A stretch of DNA of 64,000 nt from a candidate division WOR-3 bacterium. GTDB taxonomy: Bacteria > Hydrothermota > Tepidihabitantia > Tepidihabitantales > Tepidihabitantaceae. The position numbers and the translations under genes are program-made. Position 1 is the first letter of the stretch. Each line of letters begins with the position of its first letter. Shown here piece by piece: positions 29,742 to 40,759 of the stretch. The DNA is taken from NCBI GenBank assembly GCA_965649205.1, contig CBFGJV010000001.1, forward strand, positions 64,001 through 128,000. Reading direction: 5' to 3'. Below the pieces are notes generated by a model that was not told the origin of the DNA, did no database searches, and was given only the letters and a program-made list of their open reading frames with translations.

Positions 29742-30629
29742 TCAAGGCCAGCGATAGGCTAGACGAGCAGAAGGGGGCCAACCGAAAAAATTTTCTGCAG
29801 TCTCTTCCATCAATTGGAAAAGAAGAGAACGAAGCCTGGGACGAGGTTTTATCAATTTTGGTTCGCCCCTCATCCCGCACAGATTGGCCGCGATGCGTTT
29901 GGCGTGTTCAAATGTGCCCAGACTGTCAATGAGGCCATAGGCTTGTGCTTGGCGTCCGGTCAGGATTCTTCCGTCAGCCACCGGTCTCAAGCTGTCCAGA
30001 GGTATCTTGCGTTCTTCGCTTACAATCTGGAGAAACTGGTCATAAACGTCGGAAACCACAGATTGAAGAAGCGCTTTCTCAGTCTCTGTCATTGGTCGAA
30101 AAGGGGAACCGATATCTTTATGCTCAGCGGATTTCACCACCGCCACGTCCAGCCCCAGCTTCTCCATCAGCCCTTTGACTACGGGAAACTCCATGATTAC
30201 TCCGATAGAACCGGTCAGTGTGCCAGGGTTGGCCACTATGACGTTGGCTGGGCAGGAAACGTAGTAACCGCCCGAAGCAGCCAGAGTTCCCATAGAAACA
30301 ACCACGGGCTTACCTGATTTGCGCACTCGTTTCAGTTCCGCATAAATTTCGTGTGAAGGAGTTACCGCGCCTCCAGGACTGTCCACACGAATTAGCAGCC
30401 CCTTCACCAGCGGGTTGCGTTCCAGCGAGCGAAGGTCGCGGATAAATTGTCTGGAATCTGAGATGGTACCTTTGACCTCCAGGTAACCTAGGCCGGTCCC
30501 CAAGCTGCCCCAGGAAGAATCCTGTCCCCTAATTCCTGAAACTATAAGTGCCCCAATGACAAAAAGGGGAAAGACGACCAGACTGCCAACAAGCGCAGCT
30601 ATCAGAACAAGGATGCCTTTGCGGCTCAT
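29742..30629 (-). CDS. sppA: Signal peptide peptidase SppA (36K type)
   Basis: RVDSPGG, SMGTLAASGGYY, TLTGSIGV, ADGRILTGRQA. Confidence 0.95.
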   Translation of the reverse strand: MSRKGILVLIAALVGSLVVFPLFVIGALIVSGIRGQDSSWGSLGTGLGYLEVKGTISDSRQFIRDLRSLERNPLVKGLLIRVDSPGGAVTPSHEIYAELKRVRKSGKPVVVSMGTLAASGGYYVSCPANVIVANPGTLTGSIGVIMEFPVVKGLMEKLGLDVAVVKSAEHKDIGSPFRPMTETEKALLQSVVSDVYDQFLQIVSEERKIPLDSLRPVADGRILTGRQAQAYGLIDSLGTFEHAKRIAANLCGMRGEPKLIKPRPRLRSLLFQLMEETAENFFGWPPSARLAYRWP

Positions 30630-30636
30630 AAAGGTA

Positions 30637-30709
<73 letters not shown>

Positions 30710-30797
30710 GTCAAACCACTCGTCAGCCAGGAGTATAAAACCTCTGTGGCTTTGTATCCCGTCACCTGGGAGAATAATAGAGAAAAGAACGCTTGGG

Positions 30798-32072
30798 TCA
30801 AGTTGCTCTGCGTCGGCGTATGCGAAGCTTGGCGGTGAAGACAAGCTCAGAGTCGAATAGGCGTGCGGCCGCCAGGATACAGGCTGCGGCGAAGACCGCC
30901 ATATACCCGAAACCAACAAAGACAATGGAAGTCTGGCCAAGAAACAGGGCTCGCGGGGCAAGGAACGGGTAGGAGAACGGTATGGCATAAATCAGGAAGC
31001 GCAACGGAGCGGCCACAGTGGCTACATCAAAGAACATCGTGAAGAGGTAAGGAATCAGTACTAGAATCATTACTGGCGTTATGAACATTTGAGCACTTTT
31101 TGCATCTTCTGCAAATACAGCTAGCAAGGTAGCAAGCGAAAGCGCAGCCAGAACAGCAAGAAAGAGTGAGCATCCTATTAGAAGGAGCGATATCGGGTTG
31201 AATCCGATGTGGAGGCTGAATGGATTAATTCCCGCCGCCCCGCCCGCCGTATATCCGGCAAACGAACCCATATACCATATCATTCCGCCCATAACAATGC
31301 CTGCCACTATCAGAGCTATCAGGGATGCTCCTAGCATCTTCCCGATTACGATGCTGGTGTGCCTAATGGGAACGGTAAGCAGGGTTTCTAGGGTCTTGTT
31401 CTCTTTCTCCTGTCCGATAGAGGCGGCCACCATCTGGCTGGAGTAAATGATGACTAGTAGGAGGATGATGGGAATCATCATGGTTTGAGAAAACACATGG
31501 TTCTGGAGGGTTTGGGGAGAGCCTGGCACAACTCGGTCGCGCAGAACTACATATTCCCTTGCTCGCAGAGGAGTCTGGAGATTGGCGGAATTGACCGTCG
31601 GGTAGGCCTGCTCTAGATATTTTTGAACCAATAGCTGGTTTGCGCGACCAAGTCTGGCCTGCACTTCGAATCCTTTCATGGCCTGAGTTACCGAGAATCC
31701 TTGGAGGAAATTGAAAACACTGAGTTCGACAGTGGAATAATTCTTCAATCTGTCTGACAAACCTTGGGGTATGAGCACAACCCAGCTGGCGTTGATTCTG
31801 GCTGCCAGATTAAACAAGGAGTCCGGGTTGGACTGGGCTACCAGAATGGCAACTTGATCCTCCGCTATGATTTGGGTTAGTTCCCGTGATAAGTCAGACT
31901 GATCCAGGTCGGATATCATGAATTTCTGCGGAGTCTGATTGCGACGTCGCTCCGAACGTATGGCCTGACCCAGAAAGGCAAACACCACGGTCATTGCTAC
32001 AAGCGGAACCAACATCTGGCGCGTGAGTAGTTCCTTTGCCTCCTTGATTACAATGGTAGCTATGTTTCTCAT
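30798..32072 (-). CDS. ABC-2 type permease (NatB-like)
   Basis: IVIKEAKELL...; ASIGQEKENKTLETLLTVP...IVIGK; 1+5 TM layout. Confidence 0.9.
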   Translation of the reverse strand: MRNIATIVIKEAKELLTRQMLVPLVAMTVVFAFLGQAIRSERRRNQTPQKFMISDLDQSDLSRELTQIIAEDQVAILVAQSNPDSLFNLAARINASWVVLIPQGLSDRLKNYSTVELSVFNFLQGFSVTQAMKGFEVQARLGRANQLLVQKYLEQAYPTVNSANLQTPLRAREYVVLRDRVVPGSPQTLQNHVFSQTMMIPIILLLVIIYSSQMVAASIGQEKENKTLETLLTVPIRHTSIVIGKMLGASLIALIVAGIVMGGMIWYMGSFAGYTAGGAAGINPFSLHIGFNPISLLLIGCSLFLAVLAALSLATLLAVFAEDAKSAQMFITPVMILVLIPYLFTMFFDVATVAAPLRFLIYAIPFSYPFLAPRALFLGQTSIVFVGFGYMAVFAAACILAAARLFDSELVFTAKLRIRRRRAT

Positions 32073-32788
32073 TTTGTCGCCGCCAGAAAAACCTCTTCTA
32101 GGTTACGAGCCCTGTAGCGAGTCTTGAGCTCTTCTGGTGTACCTTTTGCCACTATGCGACCCCGGTTGATTAGGGCGACACGGTCAGAAAGGAATTCCAC
32201 CTCGAGCATGTTATGTGATGACAGAAGCACTGCGGTTCCTCTGGCTACAAAGTCACGGATACAGCTGCGAATCTCCATTGCGTTGGCCACATCCAGGCCC
32301 GAAGTAGGCTCGTCCAGTATAGCAAGTTTTGGTTCACTCATGAGGGAGCGTGCCAGAAGCAGTTTGCGTGTCATGCCCTTGCTATAGGTTCGAACTTTGT
32401 CCCGTAGCCGCTCCCCCAAAGCAGCAATCTCTGCTGCACGGGCAACCATGCTATCGCGAGTTTGTGCGTCTTTCGTGTAGAAAGTAGCCATGAAACGTAG
32501 GTAGTCATACCCAGAGAGGTTCTTGTATGCCCCGGCTTCTTCGGGTAGATAGCTAATGATCTTTCGTACTTCGTCAGAAGCACGAACTACGTCGTATCCT
32601 AGGATGGTTACCGTTCCTGAGGTTGGACGAAGCAAAGTAGCAATGATGCGTAGTGTGGTAGTCTTGCCTGAACCATTAGGGCCGATAAGTCCGTAAACCT
32701 CACCCAGTCTCACCTGGAATGAAATACGCTGCAACGCCTGTACGTGTCCGTAATTGCGGCTTAAGTTTTCTACAATGCAGGCCGTCAT
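32069..32788 (-). CDS. ABC transporter ATP-binding protein (NatA-like)
   Basis: GPNGSGKTT, YSKGM, ILDEPTSGLD, SSH. Confidence 0.95.
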   Translation of the reverse strand: MTACIVENLSRNYGHVQALQRISFQVRLGEVYGLIGPNGSGKTTTLRIIATLLRPTSGTVTILGYDVVRASDEVRKIISYLPEEAGAYKNLSGYDYLRFMATFYTKDAQTRDSMVARAAEIAALGERLRDKVRTYSKGMTRKLLLARSLMSEPKLAILDEPTSGLDVANAMEIRSCIRDFVARGTAVLLSSHNMLEVEFLSDRVALINRGRIVAKGTPEELKTRYRARNLEEVFLAATK

Positions 32789-32790
32789 TC

Positions 32791-34179
32791 TTACCGGGGT
32801 CTGAGACGGGGTCCCTGGGGTGTGTCTTCTACCGTCCAGCCGAGACTGGCTATTTCATTTCTGAGTCGGTCTGCATCAGCCCAGTTTTTGGCTGTGCGTG
32901 CTGCCTCTCTTTTTTCCACCAGCTCTTGTACCTCTCTTGGAACCGTCGGGATGGAGGAGATTAGCTTGTCTAAGCCCAGTCCTAGAACCCGATCAAACTC
33001 CATGAGTGTCACGCAAGCTCTCTGGTCCTGCCGCTGGTTGGCTTCTCGTATCATACCCCACAGTACTGCGAGGGCTTGAGGGATATTCAGGTCGTCTGCT
33101 ATCGCTTCCTTAAATTCCTCTTTGTATTTCTGCGTCCAGTCTTCCGTAGTTGTCTGCCGAGGCCAGTTCTGGGCTGTGCGAATAAAATCCGTCAGCCCCC
33201 GCAGAGCATTCCGGGCGGCGGTCAGTGATTCTGTGGTAAAATTCAGTGGCGTTCTGTAGAGTGCGGTATGACACAAGTAGCGAAAAGCGATTGGATCATA
33301 TCCTTGCTGTTGCAACTCGGATATGGTAATCAGATTACCCTCAGATTTTCCCATGCGTTTGTCCCCAAGCTGAAGGAAAGCGTTGTGCATCCAATAGCGA
33401 ACCACTTCGCGGCCATAGGCAGCGTAGTTCTGAGCTCGCTCATTGGTATGGTGGATGGGTATGTGGTCAATACCCCCTGTGTGAATGTCGAACTCGGTAC
33501 CTAGGTATTTGATAGACATGGCGGAACACTCCAGGTGCCACCCCGGAAACCCTCGTCCCCAGGGCGAGTCCCATTGCATAAGATGATTGGGCTGATTTGT
33601 TATCCAGAGAGCAAAGTCCCATGGCTGTCTACGCTCTGGGTCAACTTCTACCCGGAATCCGGCTTGCTGCTCCTTCAGATTAAGACGACCCAGACGCCAG
33701 TAGTCCTCATATTTTGCAGTGTCGAAGATCAGTCCCACATTGGTGCGGTAGGTGAAACCATTGGCTTCTATTCGTTTGACCAGTTCAATCATCTCTGGGA
33801 TGTGTTCAGTGGCGCGGCAAACTATGTGAGGGCGCAGTATGTTCAATTTTTCCGCATCCTCAAAGAATGCCTTTTCGTAGAACCGGGCAATTTCCTCGGG
33901 CGTTTTGCCCTCGCGCCTAGCGCCCTTTTCCAGTTTGTCCTCACCGGTGTCCTCATCAGAAGTCAGGTGACCTACATCAGTAATGTTCATTACGTGCTTG
34001 ACCCGGTAACCCAGATATTCCAATACTCGACGCAGAGTATCGGCAAATACATACGCGCGAAAGTTTCCGATATGGGCGTACATATAGACAGTTGGACCAC
34101 AGGTGTATATGCCGACTTTTCCAGGCTCAACAGGGGTGAAATCCTGTTTCTGGCGGGTCAGCGTATTATATAGTTTCAT
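32791..34179 (-). CDS. cysS: Cysteine--tRNA ligase
   Basis: YTCGPTVY..AHIGN, PGWHLECSAM, DIHTGGIDH...HHTNERAQ, RMGKS (KMSKS variant). Confidence 0.97.
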   Translation of the reverse strand: MKLYNTLTRQKQDFTPVEPGKVGIYTCGPTVYMYAHIGNFRAYVFADTLRRVLEYLGYRVKHVMNITDVGHLTSDEDTGEDKLEKGARREGKTPEEIARFYEKAFFEDAEKLNILRPHIVCRATEHIPEMIELVKRIEANGFTYRTNVGLIFDTAKYEDYWRLGRLNLKEQQAGFRVEVDPERRQPWDFALWITNQPNHLMQWDSPWGRGFPGWHLECSAMSIKYLGTEFDIHTGGIDHIPIHHTNERAQNYAAYGREVVRYWMHNAFLQLGDKRMGKSEGNLITISELQQQGYDPIAFRYLCHTALYRTPLNFTTESLTAARNALRGLTDFIRTAQNWPRQTTTEDWTQKYKEEFKEAIADDLNIPQALAVLWGMIREANQRQDQRACVTLMEFDRVLGLGLDKLISSIPTVPREVQELVEKREAARTAKNWADADRLRNEIASLGWTVEDTPQGPRLRPR

Positions 34180-34295
34180 CCTGGCGGATTCTACTCTCAG
34201 CGGATTAATTAGTCAAAGGCGTTTTTGCTCCCGCGAGCTTCTTACCCTTAGCTTGACGCCATCTTTTGAAGCCTTATCCTAATGGCACGCAAGTT

Positions 34296-35375
34296 ATGAG
34301 TACTTTCCTTCTGTTTTTTTTGACTCTTTGTGTGCTTGCCTGTCTTTTGACACTGTTTCTCTTACTCACTCGTCTGAGTAAACGGGCCGAGGATTCTGTG
34401 GGCCTCCAGATGCTACAGCAGCAGCTAGAGGCCCTGCGTGAGCAAACCACACAGGCTCTAACCAGCAATACCCTGACCGTGAACCAGCAGCTGTCGACAG
34501 TTACTAATCAGGTGAACCAACGCTTAGAAGCACTCGACCGCCGTCTTGAGTCCACGACAGGTAATATTGGCGAAAGGCTTGATAATGCTGCCCGGATAGT
34601 GAAGGAAGTTTCTACCAGCTTGGGCGAGTTGTCTCAGGCAACAGGGAGAGTAATAGAGGTAGGCCAGAACATTGCCTCCCTTCAGGACATATTGCGTACA
34701 CCAAAGCTGCGTGGCGAGTTCGGAGAGTTGTTCCTTGAAAATCTGTTGCGTCAGGTTGTGCCTAACCACTACGAGACTCAATACCGTTTTCGGTCAGGGG
34801 AAAGAGTTGACGCAGTGGTGAAAGTTGGGGCAAGGCTGGTCCCTATAGATTCAAAATTCCCGATGGAGAATTTTCAGCGTATGATGTCGGCTCACACGGA
34901 CGAAGAACGCAAATACGCACGCAAACAGTTCTTGAACGTCGTGCGTAAGCACATAGACGCCATTGCTGCCAAGTACATCAAGCCGGACGAGGGAACCTTC
35001 GATTTTGCTCTCATGTATACACTGGCCGAGAACGTGTATTATGAGATTATTGTCAGACCCAATACAGATGAAGAGAGTATTTGCGAATACGCCTTGTCCC
35101 GTCGCGTAATTCCAGTCTCACCAAGTACGCTATTTGCCAACCTGCAGACCATCGTTCTCGGCCTGCGCGGACTCCAGGTGGAAAAGGAAGCGCAGGAGAT
35201 TCTGGACCGCCTGCAGCGGCTTGCCCAAGACTTCGGGAGATTCCGAGAGGAGTTCGAAGTACTGGGAAACCACCTGAAAAACGCCCGCAACAAGTACGAA
35301 GATGCAGCAAGACGCCTGGGTTGGTTTGAGGATAAGCTAGTCATTCAGGTCGGCAAAAACAGGGAACAGACGTAG
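34296..35375 (+). CDS. rmuC: DNA recombination protein RmuC
   Basis: N-terminal TM, coiled coil, KLRGEFGE, VDAVV...PIDSKFP, TFDFALMY. Confidence 0.93.
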   Translation: MSTFLLFFLTLCVLACLLTLFLLLTRLSKRAEDSVGLQMLQQQLEALREQTTQALTSNTLTVNQQLSTVTNQVNQRLEALDRRLESTTGNIGERLDNAARIVKEVSTSLGELSQATGRVIEVGQNIASLQDILRTPKLRGEFGELFLENLLRQVVPNHYETQYRFRSGERVDAVVKVGARLVPIDSKFPMENFQRMMSAHTDEERKYARKQFLNVVRKHIDAIAAKYIKPDEGTFDFALMYTLAENVYYEIIVRPNTDEESICEYALSRRVIPVSPSTLFANLQTIVLGLRGLQVEKEAQEILDRLQRLAQDFGRFREEFEVLGNHLKNARNKYEDAARRLGWFEDKLVIQVGKNREQT

Positions 35376-35472
35376 CTGACCTTAAAGCACCACAGTACTG
35401 TTACTGACGTAGCGTCCTCTGACAGTCCTGAAGAAGTCAGGGGCTTGTACTCGGACAGCAGTTATTTTGCCG

Positions 35473-36852
35473 CTAGAAGCTGTCGGCGACGTCAGAAATG
35501 CGTACTTCTTCACAAATCATGTATTCGGGAACACTGATAGCTGTTGGTTCACGACGGTCGTAAGTGCTGGAAACATTCACCGGCACGGAGTGCGAAGAAA
35601 TGGCGATTACGTGGTTAAAGACCCAGGGAATGGTGTCTGTTACCCGTGTAGAGAAGAGAGGAGCCGCGAACTCTCCCTGCTCGATGCGCATCGCGTTGAA
35701 ACGGGACGAACCAGTGAACAAGCCCTTGGTCGGATCGGGCATGTGAATGTAGTGCAGGTGAGGAATATACAGCGCATTCTCAGCAAGTTTCTTGCCGGCT
35801 TCTAATCCGGGAGGGGCATTCCCTGTAACAAGAACGAAATCAGCGTTGCCGACATCGTGGCCGGTACGCTCTTTCCCGTATTTTGCGGCGGTGGCTGCAT
35901 CGTACATGACACCGGCAAAAATGCCCTTGTCTGCCAGAACAAATGGTCTCCTGCGTACTCCCGTGAAGTCAAAAGGCATGCCGAATACGTCCGGGTGCGT
36001 GGGATCATCCACAATTGAAATCGTGTCAGCAAATATCTTGTCCCCGAACTTGTTGTTGGAAGTGAAAGCACGCTTTTCTTCATATCCGCGCCCGAGGAAG
36101 CCTGACCATACCGCCAACATTACCAGTTCGCTTATGGCCTGAGGGCCAAAGAGTACTCTTTGGCGCCCAACCGGGGTTTTGTAGCCTGGATTCTTTTCAT
36201 ATACGGGCAGACGCGAAGAGAATTCAGCTATAATATCATCTGCGCTTTCCGTGCCTGCTCGTTTTGCCGTGCGTTCTATCTGCAGTTCCCACTTCTTCTC
36301 CTTTTCTTTTAGCACCAGCGCAAGCCTAGAGTCCGTAAGACGACGGTAGGCTTCCTTGTCATTGGCAGTCGTTACATAGTACATCTCGGTAGCCCCCGAC
36401 GACCAAGAACCGGAGAAGTCATACTTGCCCATGGGTTGCAGAGAACTTATAACTTTCTGACAAAGCCTGGTTTTATGTTCAGGGGGGAGGTTCTCTAGGA
36501 GAGGGTCGAAGCCGGTAGAATCATCTACCGATTCCTCGACTGTGCCAAATATAGGTTCGTAGTCCTTGGGCAGAGCAGCACGGCAGTTCTCCGTGGCCCG
36601 CTGCAACACGTTTTTCAACTGGTCCAAGGAGGTTATGTCTGCAAGCACGCCAAAGCTGCCTACCCGGCGTCCGTCTTGTACTCGAATGTTGAGTCGAGTT
36701 AGCTCCTCATAGGTAGAGAGGGCAACCGAAGAATTACCTAGCCGTATAAGGCTGGACTTCTCGCGATGCAGGATGAATTCAGCATTCTGCCCTTGTTTTC
36801 TGGCATAGTCGCGACAGCTCAGTATCAGTTCGCGGACCCTGTTTTCCAACAT
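35473..36852 (-). CDS. TldE/PmbA-family protein
   Basis: Follows tldD; ISIVDDP...PFDFTG, TGSSRF; lacks HExxxH; GGAG RBS before ATG 36852. Confidence 0.85.
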   Translation of the reverse strand: MLENRVRELILSCRDYARKQGQNAEFILHREKSSLIRLGNSSVALSTYEELTRLNIRVQDGRRVGSFGVLADITSLDQLKNVLQRATENCRAALPKDYEPIFGTVEESVDDSTGFDPLLENLPPEHKTRLCQKVISSLQPMGKYDFSGSWSSGATEMYYVTTANDKEAYRRLTDSRLALVLKEKEKKWELQIERTAKRAGTESADDIIAEFSSRLPVYEKNPGYKTPVGRQRVLFGPQAISELVMLAVWSGFLGRGYEEKRAFTSNNKFGDKIFADTISIVDDPTHPDVFGMPFDFTGVRRRPFVLADKGIFAGVMYDAATAAKYGKERTGHDVGNADFVLVTGNAPPGLEAGKKLAENALYIPHLHYIHMPDPTKGLFTGSSRFNAMRIEQGEFAAPLFSTRVTDTIPWVFNHVIAISSHSVPVNVSSTYDRREPTAISVPEYMICEEVRISDVADSF

Positions 36853-36856
36853 TGTT

Positions 36857-38341
36857 CTACTCCTTTTCTCCGGTTTGAACGTTGGCAAAACGCATTACGG
36901 GGATACCATGGCCCAATTCCATGATCTGATTAGGCTCGCCTTTACCGCAGTTTGGCACCTGTTGCAGGCGCCAGGTGGAAGCGTCTCCGACCATGTCCAA
37001 AGAGTTCCAGAACTCCAGAGTATGTCCCTGGTATGTAGGGTTCTTGTAGACTCGTGTTCGCCTGCCGTTTTTGACCTCCCAAGCGATCTCGGTGGCAAAG
37101 TGAAAGTGTTCGCGATTAGACCCGATGGACCAAGAAACTGGCACGTCCAGTATGATGCCGTCTTCTGTGGCCTCGACAATATCTTCGAGTGTACCGTCTG
37201 AACCGGGATCGATGTTGACATTGGTCATCCGGTCTATGGGAGTGCGATAGAAAGAAGTGGCACGGGCAGCAGTACCTGATTCGTGGAGTATGGTCCGTCC
37301 CGCCAGCGCATTTGCCTCTGCCAGATCGGCCCGAGAGGAAAGTACATTGACCAGGATGCCTTTTTCTATGAGGAGGTAGTCTCGTTGGGTAGACCCCTCG
37401 TCGTCATACCCGAAGGTCCCGGGCGAATTAGGAACTATGCCAGCCCGGCAGTTCAATTTTTCTGAACCATAGCGCAGTTTACCTATATGTTCCAAGCGCA
37501 CGTGCGACCCTCCAGCAAAAGAAAGCTCGTAGCCAAGAATACGGTCTAGCTCCAAGGCGTGACCGATAGTCTCGTGCACCTGTAGAAATCCCTGGCCAGG
37601 CAGCAGTATCACATGCCGACGGCCAGGTGGCAGAGGTTCTGCAGCTACAATTAAAGCCAATTCCTCTTTTAGTCTTTCCGCATGAGCCGTAAACCATTCT
37701 GCCTGCTCCAACCACTCCCAGCCGCGACCGCCTGTTCCGTCGCCGTGTAACTCCATACTGCGGCGCTGAGTGCGACCGTCTCTATCCGGAGCCATTACGG
37801 TCATATCGGCGAATGTATTCAGTACCTGTCTCTCCACCTCGCTACCTTCGCTATTCCAATAGAATATCTTGCCGCGTTGAAAGTACAGCCATATGTAGCG
37901 ATGAGCGACTGTATTAGACTTAAGCCGTTCATCCAAGGCTTTGAGAAAGTCCAGTTTTTCAGACAAAGGGACGGCAAAAGGATCGCGCCGGACTGGTGGA
38001 CGGTACCGACCACTTACGGCCGGCGCCGGCCACATGGTTTTGGGAAAACCTGGCAACAAGGCGGCTGCTTCTGCATTGGCAAGTGCTCGGTCGAAACAGT
38101 CGGGGACACGAGTCAAGTCGGCCGTAGCCGCAAATCCCCAAGCTCCGTTTTTGAGTACTCGTACACCTATGCCTTTTTCGTAATTGCCCTCGTTTGCCTC
38201 TAGATCGCCATCATAGAGTACAAGTTGCTCGGAAGAGTCTTCGTCATAATAACGGGCATCAGCAAAGCAGCAGCCGGACTTTGCCATGCGGTCCAACTGC
38301 GACTTTACCAAGCTGGCAAGAGTAGTGATTTGCTGATACAA
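36857..38341 (-). CDS. tldD: TldD-family metalloprotease
   Basis: GIGVRVLKNGAWGFA, HETIGHALELDR, YDDEG, PIDRMTN, NCGKGEP; TTG start after AGGAG. Confidence 0.92.
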   Translation of the reverse strand: MYQQITTLASLVKSQLDRMAKSGCCFADARYYDEDSSEQLVLYDGDLEANEGNYEKGIGVRVLKNGAWGFAATADLTRVPDCFDRALANAEAAALLPGFPKTMWPAPAVSGRYRPPVRRDPFAVPLSEKLDFLKALDERLKSNTVAHRYIWLYFQRGKIFYWNSEGSEVERQVLNTFADMTVMAPDRDGRTQRRSMELHGDGTGGRGWEWLEQAEWFTAHAERLKEELALIVAAEPLPPGRRHVILLPGQGFLQVHETIGHALELDRILGYELSFAGGSHVRLEHIGKLRYGSEKLNCRAGIVPNSPGTFGYDDEGSTQRDYLLIEKGILVNVLSSRADLAEANALAGRTILHESGTAARATSFYRTPIDRMTNVNIDPGSDGTLEDIVEATEDGIILDVPVSWSIGSNREHFHFATEIAWEVKNGRRTRVYKNPTYQGHTLEFWNSLDMVGDASTWRLQQVPNCGKGEPNQIMELGHGIPVMRFANVQTGEKE

Positions 38342-38458
38342 GTTTGCTCCTGGTTTGCTTAATCTACAAATATACATCATATTATGCCCTGCAGAAAGCA
38401 AAAAGCAAGCCTTGCTTGACAGACGGTACGGCCCGAATAGATTGTAGCTGAGGAAGAC

Positions 38459-39964
38459 TTGAACAGTCAGCGCCCCGGTTTCCTTCTAACCCCAGCTCTG
38501 CTGGGGCTGGCTCTGCTAATGAGTGCCTGCGCCTACTACAATACATTCTACAACGCCAAAAGCTACTATCGCGACGGAGTCAATCTAATTGCCCAAAAAC
38601 AGGTCAGCAAAGCCAAACCTAAGTTTGAAAAGACAATCGAAAAATCTGCCCGCGTAATTTCCAACTGGCCCCGTTCGGCTTGGGTAGATGATGCTACTTA
38701 CCTTATCGGGATGAGTTACTATCATCTGGGACAGTACGGCCGGGCCGCTAGACAGTTCGAGCAGCTTTCTCTGGCCTTTCCGCGCTCGCCGTTGGTGCCG
38801 CACGCAGAGTTACAGCGGGGTCTGGCGCTCTTCAGGGATGGAGAGTACGGCCTAGCTTTGGTAGTGCTGGAGAATCTGCGCCACCGTTACCCGCGTATGG
38901 CTGATGCTGCTGCGTACCATGTAGCGGCTTCTTACTACGATCGAGAGGATTATACCCGCGCTGTTGATTCTTTGGCAGCTTTCGTACAACACTACCCTCG
39001 TTCCCGTTATGTCCCCCTAGCTACAGAGCAGCTTGCAGCTTCGTGTATGCGGCTCAGACGCTGGGAGCAAGCGGAATACTGGTACCGTCGTCTGGTGCAG
39101 ATTGCACGCGACCCGAAGCAACAAATTTCTGCGCGACTTGAATTGGCAGAGGCAATGTTGGAGCAGGCAAAGTACGATATTGCTGCCGAGCAGGCTAAGC
39201 AGATTCTGGGACGGTATCGAGATTTAGACGACCGCGCCCGGCTGATCTTAGGGAAAGCCGAATACGAGCAGGGGAAGCATAAACAGGCCTTGGAGACGTG
39301 GTCACGAATAAGAAGCAGCAGTGACTTTGGAGCCGAAGCGTTTTTCCGGATTGGCAGACACTATGAGGAACGCGGTGATTTTGTGAGGGCAAGAGCGTAC
39401 TATGACACCGCCAAGACTCGACGGGCTGACTCTGACTATGGTATGCTGGCGGTGAAAAGGCTGGCGCTGCTTGATGCAGTTGCGGGCGGGGACCTCACTG
39501 GCAGGTCTTCCGCCAAGGCCAGGTTTCTGCTGGCGGAGGTCCACAACCTGAATCTGGGAGACTATGATGGGGCCATGCAGTTGTATCAGTCTATCTACGA
39601 TTCGTTTCCCGATACGGACTGGGCGCCCAAAGCTCTGCTGGCTAACGCGTGGATACTGAGAAAAGTAAAGGCGGACAGCGGCAGCGCGGCCTTACTGTTG
39701 AAGAAGATAATCGCCGAGTACCCAGACACAGAATATGCGGACGAGGCCAGACGCTGGATGGGTCTTCCGGTACCGAAACGCGTAGCCGCGCCGTCAAAAC
39801 AGACGATACCTGCTGAGTCTGCTGGTTCTGGGCTTGGGTCTGAACCGCAACGTATTTCCAATTCCGAGACTAACAAACAAGAACCAAATACGTTGTTTCC
39901 CCAAATGCCGGACAAATTTCTAACACCTGAGTCCACAGAAGCTGAACCTGACTCCATTGACTAA
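38459..39964 (+). CDS. TPR-repeat lipoprotein
   Basis: Lipobox LMSA-C then AYYNTFYNAK; multiple TPR units with YP.S/FP.S turns; disordered tail. Confidence 0.85.
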   Translation: MNSQRPGFLLTPALLGLALLMSACAYYNTFYNAKSYYRDGVNLIAQKQVSKAKPKFEKTIEKSARVISNWPRSAWVDDATYLIGMSYYHLGQYGRAARQFEQLSLAFPRSPLVPHAELQRGLALFRDGEYGLALVVLENLRHRYPRMADAAAYHVAASYYDREDYTRAVDSLAAFVQHYPRSRYVPLATEQLAASCMRLRRWEQAEYWYRRLVQIARDPKQQISARLELAEAMLEQAKYDIAAEQAKQILGRYRDLDDRARLILGKAEYEQGKHKQALETWSRIRSSSDFGAEAFFRIGRHYEERGDFVRARAYYDTAKTRRADSDYGMLAVKRLALLDAVAGGDLTGRSSAKARFLLAEVHNLNLGDYDGAMQLYQSIYDSFPDTDWAPKALLANAWILRKVKADSGSAALLLKKIIAEYPDTEYADEARRWMGLPVPKRVAAPSKQTIPAESAGSGLGSEPQRISNSETNKQEPNTLFPQMPDKFLTPESTEAEPDSID

Positions 39965-39976
39965 GCTTTTACTGCG

Positions 39977-40759
39977 TTGAACCGACCACGTAGATTTGTA
40001 GTTCCGATTGTTGCTCGCAAGTGGCTTACTGACAGAATAATTTCTCTGTGGGTTGAGGCTGCGGAAGTTGCTGCACTGGCCAAACCAGGGCAGTTCGTCG
40101 GACTGACTGTACCACTTTCCGGTGTGCTTCTGCGCAGGCCGATTTCTATTGCGGATGTTACATCCAACAGGATCCGTTTGATTTTTCAGATTGTCGGCCG
40201 TGGTACCGCACACCTCAGTCTTCTGCAAGTGGGAGATAGGGTGGATGTGCTGGGTCCACTGGGTCGACCGATTCCTCTGCGTCTGGTGCGTCGTCCAGCA
40301 ACCGCTTCATTGTGGCCGGTGCTGTGTGGAGGTGGTGTTGGGGCTGCACCGCTTCTTTTCCTCGCACGCAAACTGAGGCTAGGGGCAAGATTGAAAGTAT
40401 TCCTCGGTGCCAGGACCAATAATTGCTTGATACTGCTCAAGGAATTTAGGGGTCTTGGTGCCCAAGTGGAAGTGGCGACAGACGACGGAAGTGCAGGGTA
40501 TCATGGAAGCGTGACACAACTGCTAGAGTCGAAGATAACGCACGACCGAGTTTCAGCGGTGTTCGCCTGCGGACCCAGGTTGATGTTGCGTCAACTGGTA
40601 AAGGTTGTTGAACCACTCCCGGTATGGGGATTTGTGGAGGAGAGAATGGGATGCGGAACCGGTATCTGTTACTGCTGCGCCTTACCCCGTAACGGTGGAG
40701 GATATGTGCGGTTCTGTCAGGAGGGGCCGGTAGTGATGCTAAACGATGTAGAACTGTGA
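39977..40759 (+). CDS. pyrK: Dihydroorotate dehydrogenase electron transfer subunit
   Basis: KPGQF, LRRPISI, GPLG, GGGVGAAP, ACGP, MGCGTGICYCC...C..GP. Confidence 0.93.
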   Translation: MNRPRRFVVPIVARKWLTDRIISLWVEAAEVAALAKPGQFVGLTVPLSGVLLRRPISIADVTSNRIRLIFQIVGRGTAHLSLLQVGDRVDVLGPLGRPIPLRLVRRPATASLWPVLCGGGVGAAPLLFLARKLRLGARLKVFLGARTNNCLILLKEFRGLGAQVEVATDDGSAGYHGSVTQLLESKITHDRVSAVFACGPRLMLRQLVKVVEPLPVWGFVEERMGCGTGICYCCALPRNGGGYVRFCQEGPVVMLNDVEL